A stretch of DNA of 64,000 nucleotides from Eledone cirrhosa (GCA_964016885.1 OZ024741.1:27094001-27158000), one strand, 5' to 3'. Shown: positions 41,210 to 53,934, numbered from the stretch's first letter. Made by a program: numbers and translations. Notes: generated from the letters alone by a model not told the origin.

Positions 41210-42940
41210 GAGAGAAGGTGAGGTGGAAGTGTGTGAGGAAGAGGAGGAGAGAAAGGAGGTGAGGTGGAAGTGTGTGAGGAAGAGGAGGAGAGAAAGGAGG
41301 TGAGGTGGAAGTGTGTGAGGAAGAGGAGGAGAGAAAGGAGGTGAGGTGGAAGTGTGTGAGGAAGAGGAGGAGAGAAAGGAGGTGAGGTGGAAGTGTGTGA
41401 GGAAGAGGAGGAGAGAAAGGAGGTGAGGTGGAAGTGTGTGAGGAAGAGGAGGAGAGAAAGGAGGTGAGGTGGAAGTGTGTGAGGAAGAGGAGGAGAGAAA
41501 GGAGGTGAGGTGGAAGTGTGTGAGGTAGAGGAGGAGAGAAAGGAGGTGAGGTGGAAGTGTGTGAGGAAGAGGAGGAGAGAGAGAAGGTGAGGTGGAAGTG
41601 TGTGAGGAAGAGGAGGAGAGAAAGGAGGTGAGGTGGAAGTGTGTGAGGAAGAGGAGGAGAGAAAGGAGGTGAGGTGGAAGTGTGTGAGGAAGAGGAGGAG
41701 AGAAAGGAGGTGAGGTGGAAGTGTGTGAGGAAGAGGAGGAGAGAAAGGAGGTGAGGTGGAAGTGTGTGAGGAAGAGGAGGAGAGAAAGGAGGTGAGGTGG
41801 AAGTGTGTGAGGAAGAGGAGGAGAGAAAGGAGGTGAGGTGGAAGTGTGTGAGGAAGAGGAGGAGAGAAAGGAGGTGAGGTGGAAGTGTGTGAGGAAGAGG
41901 AGGAGAGAAAGGAGGTGAGGTGGAAGTGTGTGAGGAAGAGGAGGAGAGAAAGGAGGTGAGGTGGAAGTGTGTGAGGAAGAGGAGGAGAGAAAGGAGGTGA
42001 GGTGGAAGTGTGTGAGGAAGAGGAGGAGAGAAAGGAGGTGAGGTGGAAGTGTGTGAGGTAGAGGAGGAGAGAAAGGAGGTGAGGTGGAAGTGTGTGAGGA
42101 AGAGGAGGAGAGAGAGAAGGTGAGGTGGAAGTGTGTGAGGAAGAGGAGGAGAGAAAGGAGGTGAGGTGGAAGTGTGTGAGGAAGAGGAGGAGAGAAAGGA
42201 GGTGAGGTGGAAGTGTGTGAGGAAGAGGAGGAGAGAAAGGAGGTGAGGTGGAAGTGTGTGAGGAAGAGGAGAGAAAGGAGGTGAGGTGGAAGTGTGTGAG
42301 GAAGAGGAGGAGAGAAAGGAGGTGAGGTGGAAATGTGTGAGGAAGAGGAGAGAAAGGAGGTGAGGTGGAAGTGTGTGAGGAAGAGGAGGAGAGAAAGGAG
42401 GTGAGGTGGAAATGTGTGAGGAAGAGGAGAGAAAGGAGGTGAGGTGGAAGTGTGTGAGGAAGAGGAAGAGAGAAAGGAGGTGAGGTGGAAATGTGTGAGG
42501 AAGAGGAGAGAAAGGAGGTGAGGTGGAAGTGTGTGAGGAAGAGGAGGAGAGGTGGAAGTGTGTGAGGAAGAGGAGGAGAGGTGGAAGTGTGTGAGGAAGA
42601 GGAGGAAAGAGGTGAGGTGAGGTGAGGTGGAAGTGTGTGAGGAAGAGGAGGAAAGAAAGGAGAAGGGGAGAGAGAGGGCGGGAGAGAGGGAGAGAGAGAG
42701 GAATGGTGAGGTTGAAGTCTGAAGAAGAGGACGAGAGAAAGAGAGAGAGAGGGTGAGGTTGAAATGTGTGAAGAAGAGGAGGAGAGATAGAGGGAGGAGG
42801 TAGGTTGAAGTGTGTGAGGAAGAGGAGGAAAGAAGGATTGTGAGAGAAGTGAAGTATAACATTATTAGGGAGAGAAAAAAGGAAGGATTGTGAGAGAGGA
42901 GAGAGGAGTGAGGTGAAAATGTGTGAGGAAGAGAAAAAAA
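41210..42940. repeat. 41-bp purine-rich minisatellite, decaying on the right
   Basis: Unit GAGGTGAGGTGGAAGTGTGTGAGGAAGAGGAGGAGAGAAAG; period 41 (41221 to 41262); no C on the plus strand in the core. Confidence 0.97.
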
Positions 42941-43080
42941 GAAGGGAGGGGGAGAATTTGATTTACTTCTCTCCAATAACACATTGTGTGCACCTTTTCT
43001 ATTGTGCATGCTTAACAACATTCATTAATTGCAGTGTACCAACAATGTATTGTATCATGCACCAATCAGCATTCAAATCT

Positions 43081-43144
43081 TGCTTTTATTAAAGGCAGCT
43101 TTCTAAACCTGGTTGGCCTGCAAGTGCTTTCTTCAGTAAGAGCA
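43081..43144 (-). ncRNA. Degenerate hammerhead-like motif
   Basis: Minus: TGCTCTTA-CTGAAGA-AAGC...GTTT-A-GAAA-GCTGCC-TT-TAATAAAAGCA. Core boxes and AATAAA are present but stems are weak. Confidence 0.3.
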
Positions 43145-43306
43145 TCAATCACACAAATTCTACACACAGTTAGTGATATTGAGTACTTTATTGTATATTT
43201 TTCTACTGTATATAATGTCAGTTTAGTGATAATCCAGTCAGCCAGTTGGATATAATATACAATATATTTTGATGGTAGATCTTATCAGCATATAACTTTC
43301 AAATAT

Positions 43307-43535
43307 TCTTCTTCTTCATCGCTCACTTATTCCCGAGATGGTCGTGGGAGCAGAGTCCTCAAATACTCCTTCCAGTGGGTCCTGAGAAAAGTAACCATCT
43401 CCAATTGATCTGGCTGGATCTCCAAGCAAGACAAGCAAAGCTCACGGATGTTATCTAACCATCTTACTTGGGGTCTACCACTGTGTCTCCTCTCAGTTGG
43501 TTTTGCCTGTAAAATCTCTCTAGCGATTCTTTCAA
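43307..43535 (-). mobile_element. RTE (Rex3/Expander-like) 3' fragment, copy 1
   Basis: Homologous to 44167-44370 (CACTTATTCC...GGGAGCAGAGTCCTCAAA...CCAAGCAAGAC); (GAA)n tail. Confidence 0.75.
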
Positions 43536-43751
43536 ATAATTTTGAAAATAATGAAGCATTTGAAAGAATTTGGTAAAATTACAAATTTTCTCACTATTAA
43601 GTTGGTGTTTGGAACATAACTTTGCATAGGTTCTTGCATAAAATTATAATGGAAGGATTTTGAATATATATAAACACTTTAATACATTTTTATGTCATAG
43701 AACCCCACCTTGCCTTGATTGACTCTAGCCGTGTCCACTCTGTTACTGTGG

Positions 43752-43965
43752 ATGAAGCATGGTCAAATAGTTAAGAAATTTGCTTCACAATCATTAGATC
43801 CTAGGTTTGATCCCACTGTGTGGAATCTTGGGCAAGTAACTTTACCATAGCCTTCAGTTGACCTAAACCTGTGAGTAAAAGCTCGATGACAGAAACTGTT
43901 TGGACACCCATTAGATGGACTGCAATAGTAGTTCAAAGGGCCAGTCTTGTCACATACTATCATGG
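43752..43965 (+). mobile_element. Degenerate tRNA-derived SINE
   Basis: A-box-like TGGTCAAATAGTTAAG, B-box-like GGTTTGATCCC, then CTTGGGCAAGT central motif. Confidence 0.5.
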
Positions 43966-44166
43966 AAGACCATTCCATATATTCCAGTAAACCCTGTTGC
44001 TATCATTTAGACCAGCTTTCTTGTCTAAGAATAATTTTCCCTTTCCATCCATTAATCTAAGGTGCCATCCACCTCATTATGAATAATCTACAAAAATAAG
44101 GATATGATATTGGTGATATCCCATTCTTCATTGTTGATGAGAGATGTGATATCATTTCAGTAATAT

Positions 44167-44690
44167 CTTCTTCTTCGCCCACTTATTCCTAAGAGGGTCT
44201 TGGGAGCAGAGTCCTCAAACACTCCTTCTAGTGAATCCTGTCAAAAGCAATCATCTCCAACTAATCTGGCTAGATCCCCAAGCAAGACCAGCCAAGCTCA
44301 GTGTCTACCCCTGGGTCTCCTGCTGGTTGTTTTTGCCTCTAAAATCTCTCCAGCAATTCTTTCCTGCAACATTCTAAACACATGCCCTAGTATCATAGCT
44401 GTGATCTCTCAATTCGGAGAAGCAGCAGCTCTACCTGGCATGACTCTCTGATCTCCAAGCTGTGCACTCTATCGAATAACCTTACTCCAAAGACCCTTTG
44501 GAGGAACCCCATTACAGCCGCAATCATATTCTTTCGGTCATTAACCAAGAATCATGACCATAGATAAGGGTTGGTACGAAAATCAAATTGAAGATAGCGA
44601 GTTTGGCTTTTATGCCTACCTCCATTTTTCTGTTTACTGAATACTGAAGTTGGTGCATTACTGCACCAGCTTCTGCAATTAATATCTGTT
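44167..44690 (-). mobile_element. RTE (Rex3/Expander-like) 3' fragment, copy 2, frameshifted
   Basis: KAKLAIFNLIFVPTLIYGHDSWLMTER resembles the RTE RT C-terminal motif; (GAA)n tail. Confidence 0.8.
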
Positions 44691-45329
44691 TATTCATATA
44701 TAATATCACTGATATCCTGTTGTTCACTTTAGCTGACGTTAGTGACAGCCATTCATCCATATGATATACTATGTAATGTTAGTGATATCCATTTATCACA
44801 CTAGTTATATCAAGTAACACTGATACATCTATCATAATATATATACATCATGTAATATTGGTGATATAATGTATTCTCTGTAATATCTGAAAGGATATCA
44901 GGAATATCCTTGCCATGTTGGTGATATGCAATCTGTTCTGTATAGTAACTCATATAATGTAACTGATATTCCATCCTTCTTTGCTACATGTATGAGATAT
45001 CAGGAATATACCGTCAAATCATTCCCGCAGACAATGTAACAGCAGAATATATCTAAAAAGAAGTTTGTTAAATCAAATGTTTATAGTATCTTTACTAGTG
45101 GACAGATTGTTATGAACATTTTCAGTAAGCTAAAGACTTCAATTATTAAAAATTGAAGTCTTTACATCAATCAGTGCAGTTTTGTATTTTTCAACAATGT
45201 CTTACTAATGTGATTTCATGTGGAACAGAATGTTATGAGTTAGTATTGTGAATTTAAATTTCAAATCATTTTTTTTCTTCCATTATGCATATCATAAGAT
45301 ACTACCAATAGCTCAATATTCACTGCTGC

Positions 45330-47670
45330 TCATCATCACCACCACCACCATCACCATCACCATCACCACTACCATCACCATCATCACCATCACCATCACC
45401 ATCATCACCACCACCATCACTACCATCATCACCACCACTATCATCACCACCACCACTACCATCATCACCACCAACACCACCAACACCAACACCACCAACA
45501 CCACCAACACCACCAACACCAACACCACCAACACCACCAACACCAACACCACCATCACCACCAACACCACCAACACCACCAACACCAACACCACCACCAA
45601 CACAACCACCAACACCACCACCACCTCCACCATCACCAACACCACCACCACCAACACCACCAACACCACCACCACCACCAACACCACCACTACCAACACC
45701 ACCACTACCAACACCGCCATCAACACCACCACCAACACCACCACCAACACCACCACCACCAACAGCAACACCACCAACACCACCACTACCAACACCACCA
45801 TCAACACCAACACCAACATCACCAACACCGCCACCAACACCACCACCACTACTAACACCACCACTACCAACACCACCAACAACAACACCATGGCCACCAC
45901 CATCACCAACAATAACACCACCACGAACACCACCAACACCACCACTACCAACAACACCACCAACACCACCACCACCACCAACACCACCAACACCACCACT
46001 ACCAAAACCACCACCAACACCATCACCAACACCACCAACACCAACACCACTACCATCACCACCACCAACACCACCAACACCACTACCATCACCACCACCA
46101 CCACCAACACCACCAACACCACTACCATCACTACCACCACCAACAACACCACCACCACCACTACCATCACCATCACCACCACCACCACCAACACCACCAA
46201 CACCACTACCATCACCACCAACACCACCATCACCAACACCACCAACACCAACACCACCACCACCACTACCAACACCACCAACACCATGGCCACCACCACC
46301 ACCAACACCACCACTACCAACACCACCACCAACACCACCACCAACACCACCACCACCAACACAACCACTACCAACACCACCACCACCACCACCACCACCA
46401 CCACCACTACCACCAACACCACCACCAACACCACTACCAACACCACCACCAACACCACCACCACCACCACCACCACCACCACTACCACCAACACCACCAC
46501 CAACACCACTACCAACACCACCACCAACACCACCACCAACACCAACACCACCACCCACACCACCACCAACACCACCACCACCACTACCAACACCACCAAC
46601 ACCACCAACACTACCATCACCACCACCACCACCACCACCAATACCACCAACACCACCAACACCACCAACTCCACCAACACCAACACCACCAACACCAACA
46701 CCACCAACACCATCACCAACACCACCAACACCACCACCACGGCCAACTCCAACACCACCACAAACACCATCACCAACACCACCAACACCAACACCAACAC
46801 CACTACCATCACCATGAACACCACCAACACCACTACCATCACCACCACCACCACCAACACCACTACCATCACCACCACCAACAACACCACCACCACCACT
46901 ACCATCACCACAACCACCACCAACACCACTACCATCACCACCAACACCACCACCAACACCAACACCACCAACACCAACACCAACACCACTACCACCAACA
47001 CCACCAACACCAACACCACTACCACCAACACCACCAACACCAACACCAACACTACTACCAACACCACTACCACCAACACCACCAGCACCAACACCACCAA
47101 CACCAACACCAACACTACCAACACCACTACCAACACCACCACCACCAACAACAACACCATGGCCATCACCACCACCAACACCAACACCAACACCACTACA
47201 ACCAACACCAACACCAACACCACTACCAACACCACCACCAACACCACCAACACCACTACCACCAACACCACCACCAACACCAACACCACCACAACTACCA
47301 TCACCACCACCCACACCACCACCAACACCACCACCACCAACATCACAAACACCAACACCACCACCAACACCACTACCACCAACACCACCACCACCAACAA
47401 CAACACCATGGCCATCACCACCACCACCACCAACACCACCACCAACACCACCACCACCAACAACAACACCATGGCCATCACCACCACCAACACCACCACC
47501 ACCACCAACACCACTACAACCAACACCAACACCATCACCAACACCACTACCACCAACACCACCAACACCACCAACACCACTACCACCAACACCACCACCA
47601 CCAACAACTCCATGGCCACCACCACCACCACCACCACCATCACCAACAATAACACCACCACTACCATCAG
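45330..47670. repeat. Cryptic (ACC/AAC/ATC/ACT)n trinucleotide array
   Basis: 2.3 kb in unbroken triplet phase; gives the Thr/Asn and Val/Gly ORFs. Confidence 0.95.
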
Positions 47671-47673
47671 GTA

Positions 47674-47993
47674 GGGGTGAGAGAGACAGCAGAGTGTATT
47701 AGAGAGAGGGGTGAGAGAGACAGCAGAGTGTATTAGAGAGAGGGATGAGAGAGACAGCAGAGTGTATTAGAGAGAGGGGTGAAAGAGACAGCAGAGTGTA
47801 TTAGAGAGAGGGGTGAGAGAGACAGCAGAGTGTATTAGAGAGAGGGATGAGAGAGACAGCAGAATGTATTAGAGAGAGGGGTGAGAGAGACAGTATAGTG
47901 TATTAGAGAGAGGGGTGAGAGAGACAGCAGAGTGTATTAGAGAGAGGGGTGAGAGAGACAGCAGAGTGTATTAGAGAGAGGGGTGAGAGAGAC
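47674..47993. repeat. 34-bp minisatellite (~9.5 copies)
   Basis: Unit GAGAGACAGCAGAGTGTATTAGAGAGAGGGGTGA. Confidence 0.95.
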
Positions 47994-47996
47994 ATA

Positions 47997-48330
47997 TTTG
48001 CTATATTGAACAGCAGGAAGAGAGTGAGAGAGAGAGACTGGTTGTTCTGTGGTGGTGGTCATGGTGGTGTTGGCTTTTTGCTATATTGAGCAGCAGGAAG
48101 AGAGTGAGAGAGAGAGACTGGTTGTTCTGTGGTGGTGGTCATGGTGGTGTTGGCTTTTTGCTATATTGAGCAGCAGGAAGAGAGTGAGAGAGAGAGACTG
48201 GTTGTTCTGTGGTGGTGGTCATGGTGGTGTTGGCTTTTTGCTATATTGAGCAGCAGGAAGAGAGTGAGAGAGAGAGACTGGTTGTTCTGTGGTGGTGGTC
48301 ATGGTGGAGTGACTTTGAGCAGCAGGAAAC
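47997..48330. repeat. 80-bp tandem repeat (~4 copies)
   Basis: CTATATTGA at 48001, 48081, 48161 and 48241. Confidence 0.95.
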
Positions 48331-49170
48331 AATCAATATTGTTACTCTATCTCACTGGTTCAGCTAACAACTTCTGACAGAATCAACAGACTTCTAAAAC
48401 CAAATGACAGCAACAACAACAACACTGACAACAACAACAACATCAGCTGCAACACCTGGCAATATTCATCTTCTATTGATGGATATGTCAACATATATAT
48501 TTTTATGAATGTATGTCTGTATATATGTATGTATGTGTGTATTTATATGGATGTATGCATATGTGTATGTCTGTATGTGTGTATATATATGGATGTATGC
48601 ATATGTGTATGTATGTCTATGTATGTATGTGTCTTATATGTGTAAATGTATGTAAGTATGTATGTACAACAGGGTAGGTTACAGCCTCGTCAGACACATA
48701 AATAATCAAGTATAGCAGGTTGTCATACTCTGTGACTGGTGCAGCTGTATCATTGTAAACTGTTACAAGAGCAAAAGAGACACACACTAGAGAGATAGCT
48801 ACAGAGGCATCGAGTTGGTAGACCCTGTCATGAAAGTTACTGATATAGCACAGCTATTTAGACACTGAATCAAACTAGATGAGACGCAGTTCACTTTGAT
48901 GAGTTGTAGTGCACCTGAGCACTGTACACAATAATTTTCATTATTTTATGTTGGGAACTAGCAAGGTAACTACCAATACCCACTTCCTCATGAGAGAAAC
49001 TGCCAAAATACTTAATCTAAGTATAAGCCTTTGTATATAGCATTCAATAATTTGGAGAAAACCTTTGACAATGTCCCTGCTCTGTAATCTGGCGGGTGCT
49101 AAGGAAGCTAGGTGTAGATGAATGGCTTTTGAGGGTCATATAAGCCATATACATGCAACTAACAACTAAA

Positions 49171-49460
49171 GTGAAGGTGCATGGCTTAGTGGTTAGAGCA
49201 TTGGGCTTGTAATCAAAAGGTTGTGAGTTCAATTCTTGAACCGGGTGATGTGTTGTTTCCTTGAGCAAGACACTTTATTTTACATTGCTCCAGTTTACTC
49301 AGCTGTAGAAATGAGATGATAGGACTGTGGTCCCTATCATTAAATTACCCAAGACACCTCCATCGAGCTATACCTTGGAGGAGGACAGCTAAACCTGCAT
49401 AGGTGTGAGCTGTCACACACACACACACATAGGTGTGAGCTGTCACACACACACACACAC
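49171..49460 (+). mobile_element. tRNA-head SINE, tail type 1
   Basis: TGGCTTAGTGG (A box), GAGTTCAATTC (B box), central CCTTGAGCAAGACACTTT...CTGTAGAAATGAG; matches 52997-53158 and then diverges. Confidence 0.85.
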
Positions 49461-49487
49461 AACTAACAAGGTTTGAGGGTCATATAC

Positions 49488-49830
49488 GCTGGCAAAATTG
49501 TTAGACAAGGGGACAAAATAATGTGTCATTTGTTCTAGCTCTTTATATTCTGAGTTCAAATGCTGCCGTCCATCTCTCTGAGGGGGGGGGGGGTAATAGA
49601 ATAAAATACCAGTCAAGTACTGGGGGCAGGGATGTTATCAACTTCCCCTCAAATTTATTGACCTTTTGCCTAAATTAAAAATCATTATTTTAAATCCTGC
49701 CTAGGTTAGCTTTGCCTTTCATCCTCACAGGGTTGATAAATAAAGTACCAGTAATATCCTGGGGTTGATTTAGTAGACTTTTCCTTCCCCTCAAAATTGC
49801 TGGCCTTGTGCCTAAATTAGAAACCATTAT
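49488..49830 (+). mobile_element. Two tandem degenerate SINE copies of the family at 50189
   Basis: GAGTTCAAAT...ATAAAATACCAGT...GCCTAAATT and TTTGCCTTTCATCC...GATAAATAAAGTACCAGT...TTGCTGGCCTTGTGCCTAAA. Confidence 0.7.
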
Positions 49831-50188
49831 TTCATGTATTTATATTTCTTATACAAATATCAGGTGTTCATCCAAAAGTTTAATCATGACCCTGGGTAAT
49901 CCCATTGATTCTTGAGTGGTCCCATTGGGCCCTGGGTGGTCAATATTGACCATTTGGGGGACCCCTGTACTAATCCTACACTTGCTGTCTTGACACATTT
50001 TCTATATTTATTACTGAAGAACACTGGGGATTCTAACTTTGATCATCTTCTTTTTCTCTTCCTCCTCATCCTTCCTGAGAGGGTTGTGAATGTATTATAT
50101 ATGCAAAAATACCATACCATTCGGTATTGTCACTTACCATCATTACATACCATACTACACCATCCAATGGTATTACTTACCATTATTA

Positions 50189-50506
50189 CACGGTGGATTG
50201 GCAGTATCGGTAGAGGGTCGGACGCCATGCTTTCCAGCATAGTTATGTCCCTTTACAATCTGATTTCAAATCCCGCCAAGGTTGACTTTGCCTTTCATCC
50301 TAACGGGGTCGATAAAATAAAGTACCAGTAATGCACTGGGTAATTGCTGGCCTTGTGCCTAAAGTAGAAACAATTATTACATACATTCTGAGTTCAAATC
50401 TTGTCGAGGTTAACTTTGCCTTTCATCCTTACGGGGTCAATAAAATAAAGTACCAGTAATGCACTGGGGTAATTGCAGGCCTTGTGCCAAAAGTAGAAAC
50501 AATGAT
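50189..50506 (+). mobile_element. Full-length plus 5'-truncated tRNA-SINE pair
   Basis: A box TGGCAGTATCGG, B box GATTTCAAATCC, conserved TTTGCCTTTCATCC..GGGGTCGATAAAATAAAGTACCAG. Second copy at 50384-50506; same family as 31622-31763. Confidence 0.85.
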
Positions 50507-50536
50507 TACATACCATTCAGTATTGTTACTTACCAT

Positions 50537-50594
50537 CATACCATACCATACCATACCATACCATACCATACCATACCATACCATACCATACCAT
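50537..50594. repeat. (CCATA)n pentanucleotide microsatellite
   Basis: Direct inspection. Confidence 0.95.
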
Positions 50595-50892
50595 TCATGC
50601 TACCATTTTGTTTGTTTTCTGCAGGTGTTGGACAGTTTACAAGACAATTGAGCTGTAGTGAAACCACTGAGTCATTCCAAACAATCCATCACAACCACTA
50701 AGACGATGCCTGCTGTGGTCACTACCAGAGATGAATGGTAAGCAAACTATGTCAATGCTAAACATTTGGTATCTTAACACTTTCATCAACATTTCTAATG
50801 AAATACACTCAAATTTAATTAATTAATGAAGAATTTTGAGGGCTTTTCTAAAATTATTAATTATTTCATTATTAAGATAGTAACATATGGTT

Positions 50893-51108
50893 CATCATCA
50901 TCATTTTTATGTCCATATTTCCATGCTTGCATGGGTTGGACAAGTCTTTTTCAGCACAGCATCTCTCCACTCGTCATGTACCTTTGTCATCTCCTCTGTG
51001 AGTCTCACTGATTTAAGATCAGCTCTCACAACCTCTGCCTTAGTCTTTCTTGGTTTACTTCTACTGTGGCTTTCTTCCACTGGGATTTCCTTGACATCAC
51101 ATGTCATC
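50893..51108 (-). mobile_element. RTE LINE subfamily C 3' fragment
   Basis: EIPVEESHSRSKPRKTKAEVVRADL matches the 54364-54831 translation; (GAT)n tail. Confidence 0.85.
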
Positions 51109-51324
51109 TACTGAATTATGTTGGAAGATTTCTATTTATAAAGGAGCCCATAAAAATGGGTGGTTTTGTTTCTTAGAACTGGTTTGTATAACAAATTTAT
51201 CAATTGTAGGTTCTAAATCTTTTCTAATCTTCTGTCTCTTGGTTTGTATGTTCAATTCATGCAGCTTCTACTGTATTCTATTATTCTAGAAAACATTTGA
51301 ACATATCTAAAGCCTCACACATTA

Positions 51325-51870
51325 TACAAGGTCCACAGATCTGGTCTCTTATGTTGAACTGCATCACAAAGATGCCGGAGGACATCCTGGTAGTACCCCT
51401 TTGTAACTGTTTGTCCTTCTGGTGTGTATTCATGGTGCACAATACCTTGTTAGTTAAAGAAAACAATCAACATTGATTTTGCTCACCACCTAACATGCTT
51501 TTATGGCGGTCTTGGCAACATTGAATACTTCCACTGTGACAACTGAGCTATTATTTCTGGCTTGTACTCATATACCAATATCTCAACTCCAATTAGCACA
51601 GTATTAACCCATTAACATTTAAACTGGCCATATCCAATTAGAATTCTCTCACCTCTTTCTGTTTAAACCAGCCATAACTGGCCACTCATACTGACATTAA
51701 AGTATTGTTCTCAAAATAGATAATATCAAAATCTCATAGATTCGATATTATGTGAGATAATTACGTGAGGTGAAGGCTTTACAGTGAAAATACAATAGTA
51801 AATATAATAGAGTAATGGAAATACTAAAGGGTTAAGGGGCTCAGGATCATTGTTAGCAGTATCAGGTAAA
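51325..51870 (-). pseudogene. mariner transposase relic, interrupted by a piggyBac-like MITE
   Basis: Manual minus-strand translation: DTANNDPEPL[MITE]NTVLIG/VEILVYEYKPE...QLSQWK...MLIVFFN*QGIVHHEYTPEGQTVTKGYYQDVLRHLCDAVQHKRPDLW, resembling the mariner catalytic domain (ITGDETW...GIVHHE...GQTVN...YY). Contains stops and frameshifts. Confidence 0.85.
51608..51831. mobile_element. piggyBac-like MITE, copy 2
   Basis: TTAA|CCCATTAACAT...ATACTAAAGGG|TTAA; inverted homologue of 29817-30019. Confidence 0.85.
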
Positions 51871-52024
51871 ATGAGTAAGTAGTACAGTTTCTCACATGAT
51901 GGCTTCTTAACAGTGACAGACACACCCAGCGGGCTCACCACAAACTACACGTGAATGTATGTAGCTCCACTCTTTTGTCTCCCTGAAGTCGAATACTTTT
52001 TCAACAGAATTCATTTTTATTGAT

Positions 52025-52425
52025 ACACACACGTGTATAAACACACTCACACACATATACAGATACTCACATACAGGATCACACATACACATGCACATAC
52101 ATACACACACATGCACACAAACATACATATACTCACACTCATACACACATAGATGCACACACACATACAGATACTCACATACAGGATCACACATACACGC
52201 GCACAAACATACATATACGCACACATGCACACAAACATACATATACGCACACATGCACACAAACATACATAACACATATACGCACACATGCACACAAGCA
52301 TACATATACACACACATGCACACAAACATACATATACACACACATGCACACAAACATACATATACACACACATGCACACAAACATACATATACTCACACT
52401 CGTTCACACACACACACACACACAG
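52025..52425. repeat. Compound CA-rich mini/microsatellite
   Basis: ACACATGCACACAAACATACATAT-type units. Confidence 0.9.
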
Positions 52426-52894
52426 CTGTCTAGATAAGTAAATATCCAACAGTACTAACTAACCCACAAACTACTTATATATTGTAAAGCCATACCATCA
52501 ACTTAATACTTCATAAACATTCTTGTCAGAGATCTTAAGTTCAGTTGTACATACCTTATCAAATTACAGCTATGGCATTTACTGGTCTGAATTTCAAATA
52601 TATTTATTGGTTTCATGTGAAAGTTCCCTTGTATCCCTTGTCAATCTGACTTCCAGTAAAATATGTCACTATCAGATATATTACTAGTATATATTAGTCA
52701 TTTATTAGATTAGTAAAATTTTCTTTCTAACTCATTTTCTGACGTTTTCTTTGAATTTAAAATAATGTAAATTTGGACTAATGGTAGTAAAATTGTAGAA
52801 CTATCATTCGCATTGATGTGCTCTTGGGGTCAAAGTTGCATTTCATTTAAGTGTACCTCTTCTGATATATATATAGACATATGTGTATACACAT

Positions 52895-52927
<33 letters not shown>

Positions 52928-52996
52928 CATATGCACATATATATGTTTACACATATATATATATACGCACACAAACATACATAACATACATATACA

Positions 52997-53322
52997 CATG
53001 GCTTAGTGGTTAGAGCATTGGCCTTGCAATCGAAAGGTTCTGAGTTCAATTCTCAGACCGGGTGATGTGTTGTTTCCTTGAGCAAGACACTTTATTTCAC
53101 ATTGCTCCAGTTTACTCAACTGTAGAAATGAGATGATAGGGACTGCGGTCCCTATCATTCCACTGCAAAGTGGTCGTGGAGGTGCCACGGCAAAAAAGCA
53201 CCCAGCACTCACTGTAAATGAGGTTGGTGTTAGGAAGGGCATCCAGCTGTAGAAATCAAGCCAGAATCAGTTCCCGTCCCACCCTTGCAAGCAGGGAAAA
53301 AGCGGACGTAAAATGAAATGAT
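52997..53322 (+). mobile_element. tRNA-head SINE, tail type 2 (RTE-derived, chimeric)
   Basis: Same head as 49171. 53160-53274 matches the RTE-B 3' UTR (61866-62025). 53274-53320 matches the RTE-C terminus (reverse complement of 54298-54341). Confidence 0.9.
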
Positions 53323-53394
53323 ATATTTTAAAGTTGGGACAGTTAACAGAAAACAAAAAAACATGGAAGCGAAGCGACAGTACAAAGGGATATA

Positions 53395-53613
53395 AATAAA
53401 TATATATATATATATTTATATATGTTTATATATGAATATATTATGTTTATATATGAATATATATATACACTTATGTATATATATGAGTATACATAAATAT
53501 ATATGTGTGTGTGTATATATATGTGTGTGTGTATATATATATGTGTATATATATATGTGTGTGTGTATATATATGTGTGTGTGTGTATGTATATATATAT
53601 GTGTGTATGTATA

Positions 53614-53699
<86 letters not shown>
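53395..53699. repeat. (TA)n/(TG)n compound microsatellite
   Basis: Direct inspection. Confidence 0.95.
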
Positions 53700-53700
<1 letters not shown>

Positions 53701-53934
53701 CTTTGACTGTATAAAGAATTTCTGGTTAATTTCATGGAAGAGACTGGAATTCAGCAAAGGCTACTGAAATATTACACTTTCAAGGTTTGTATTTCTTTCT
53801 TATAGCTTAGTGTATCTGAATTATAATAGGCTCACTGTATTTGCACCTGTCATAAGTGGGGACCAAAAGTATTGATGCCAGAAAGAGTATCTGGCTGTAA
53901 AAGGACTCTGTGATATATATAAAGCTTGTCATAA

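Noticed and set aside
41186-43021. 611-aa minus-strand ORF
   Set aside because: It is a translation of a 41-bp repeat cycling through all frames and lacks stops for compositional reasons.
48670-48700. Minus-strand CTGACGA half-site
   Set aside because: No GAAA or stem III follows before the microsatellite.
49861-49967. hAT-like MITE (CAGGTGTTCATCCAAA / TTTGGGGGACCCCTG)
   Set aside because: The TIR match is weak and there is no clean 8-bp TSD.
50010-52014. Minus-strand two-exon mini-gene (MNSVEKVFDF... and KDEEEEKKKMIK...)
   Set aside because: Phases give only a short unrecognisable peptide, and splice signals alone are not enough.
52997-53060. tRNA gene
   Set aside because: A and B boxes are present but there is no acceptor stem, and the sequence continues into a SINE body found in three copies.
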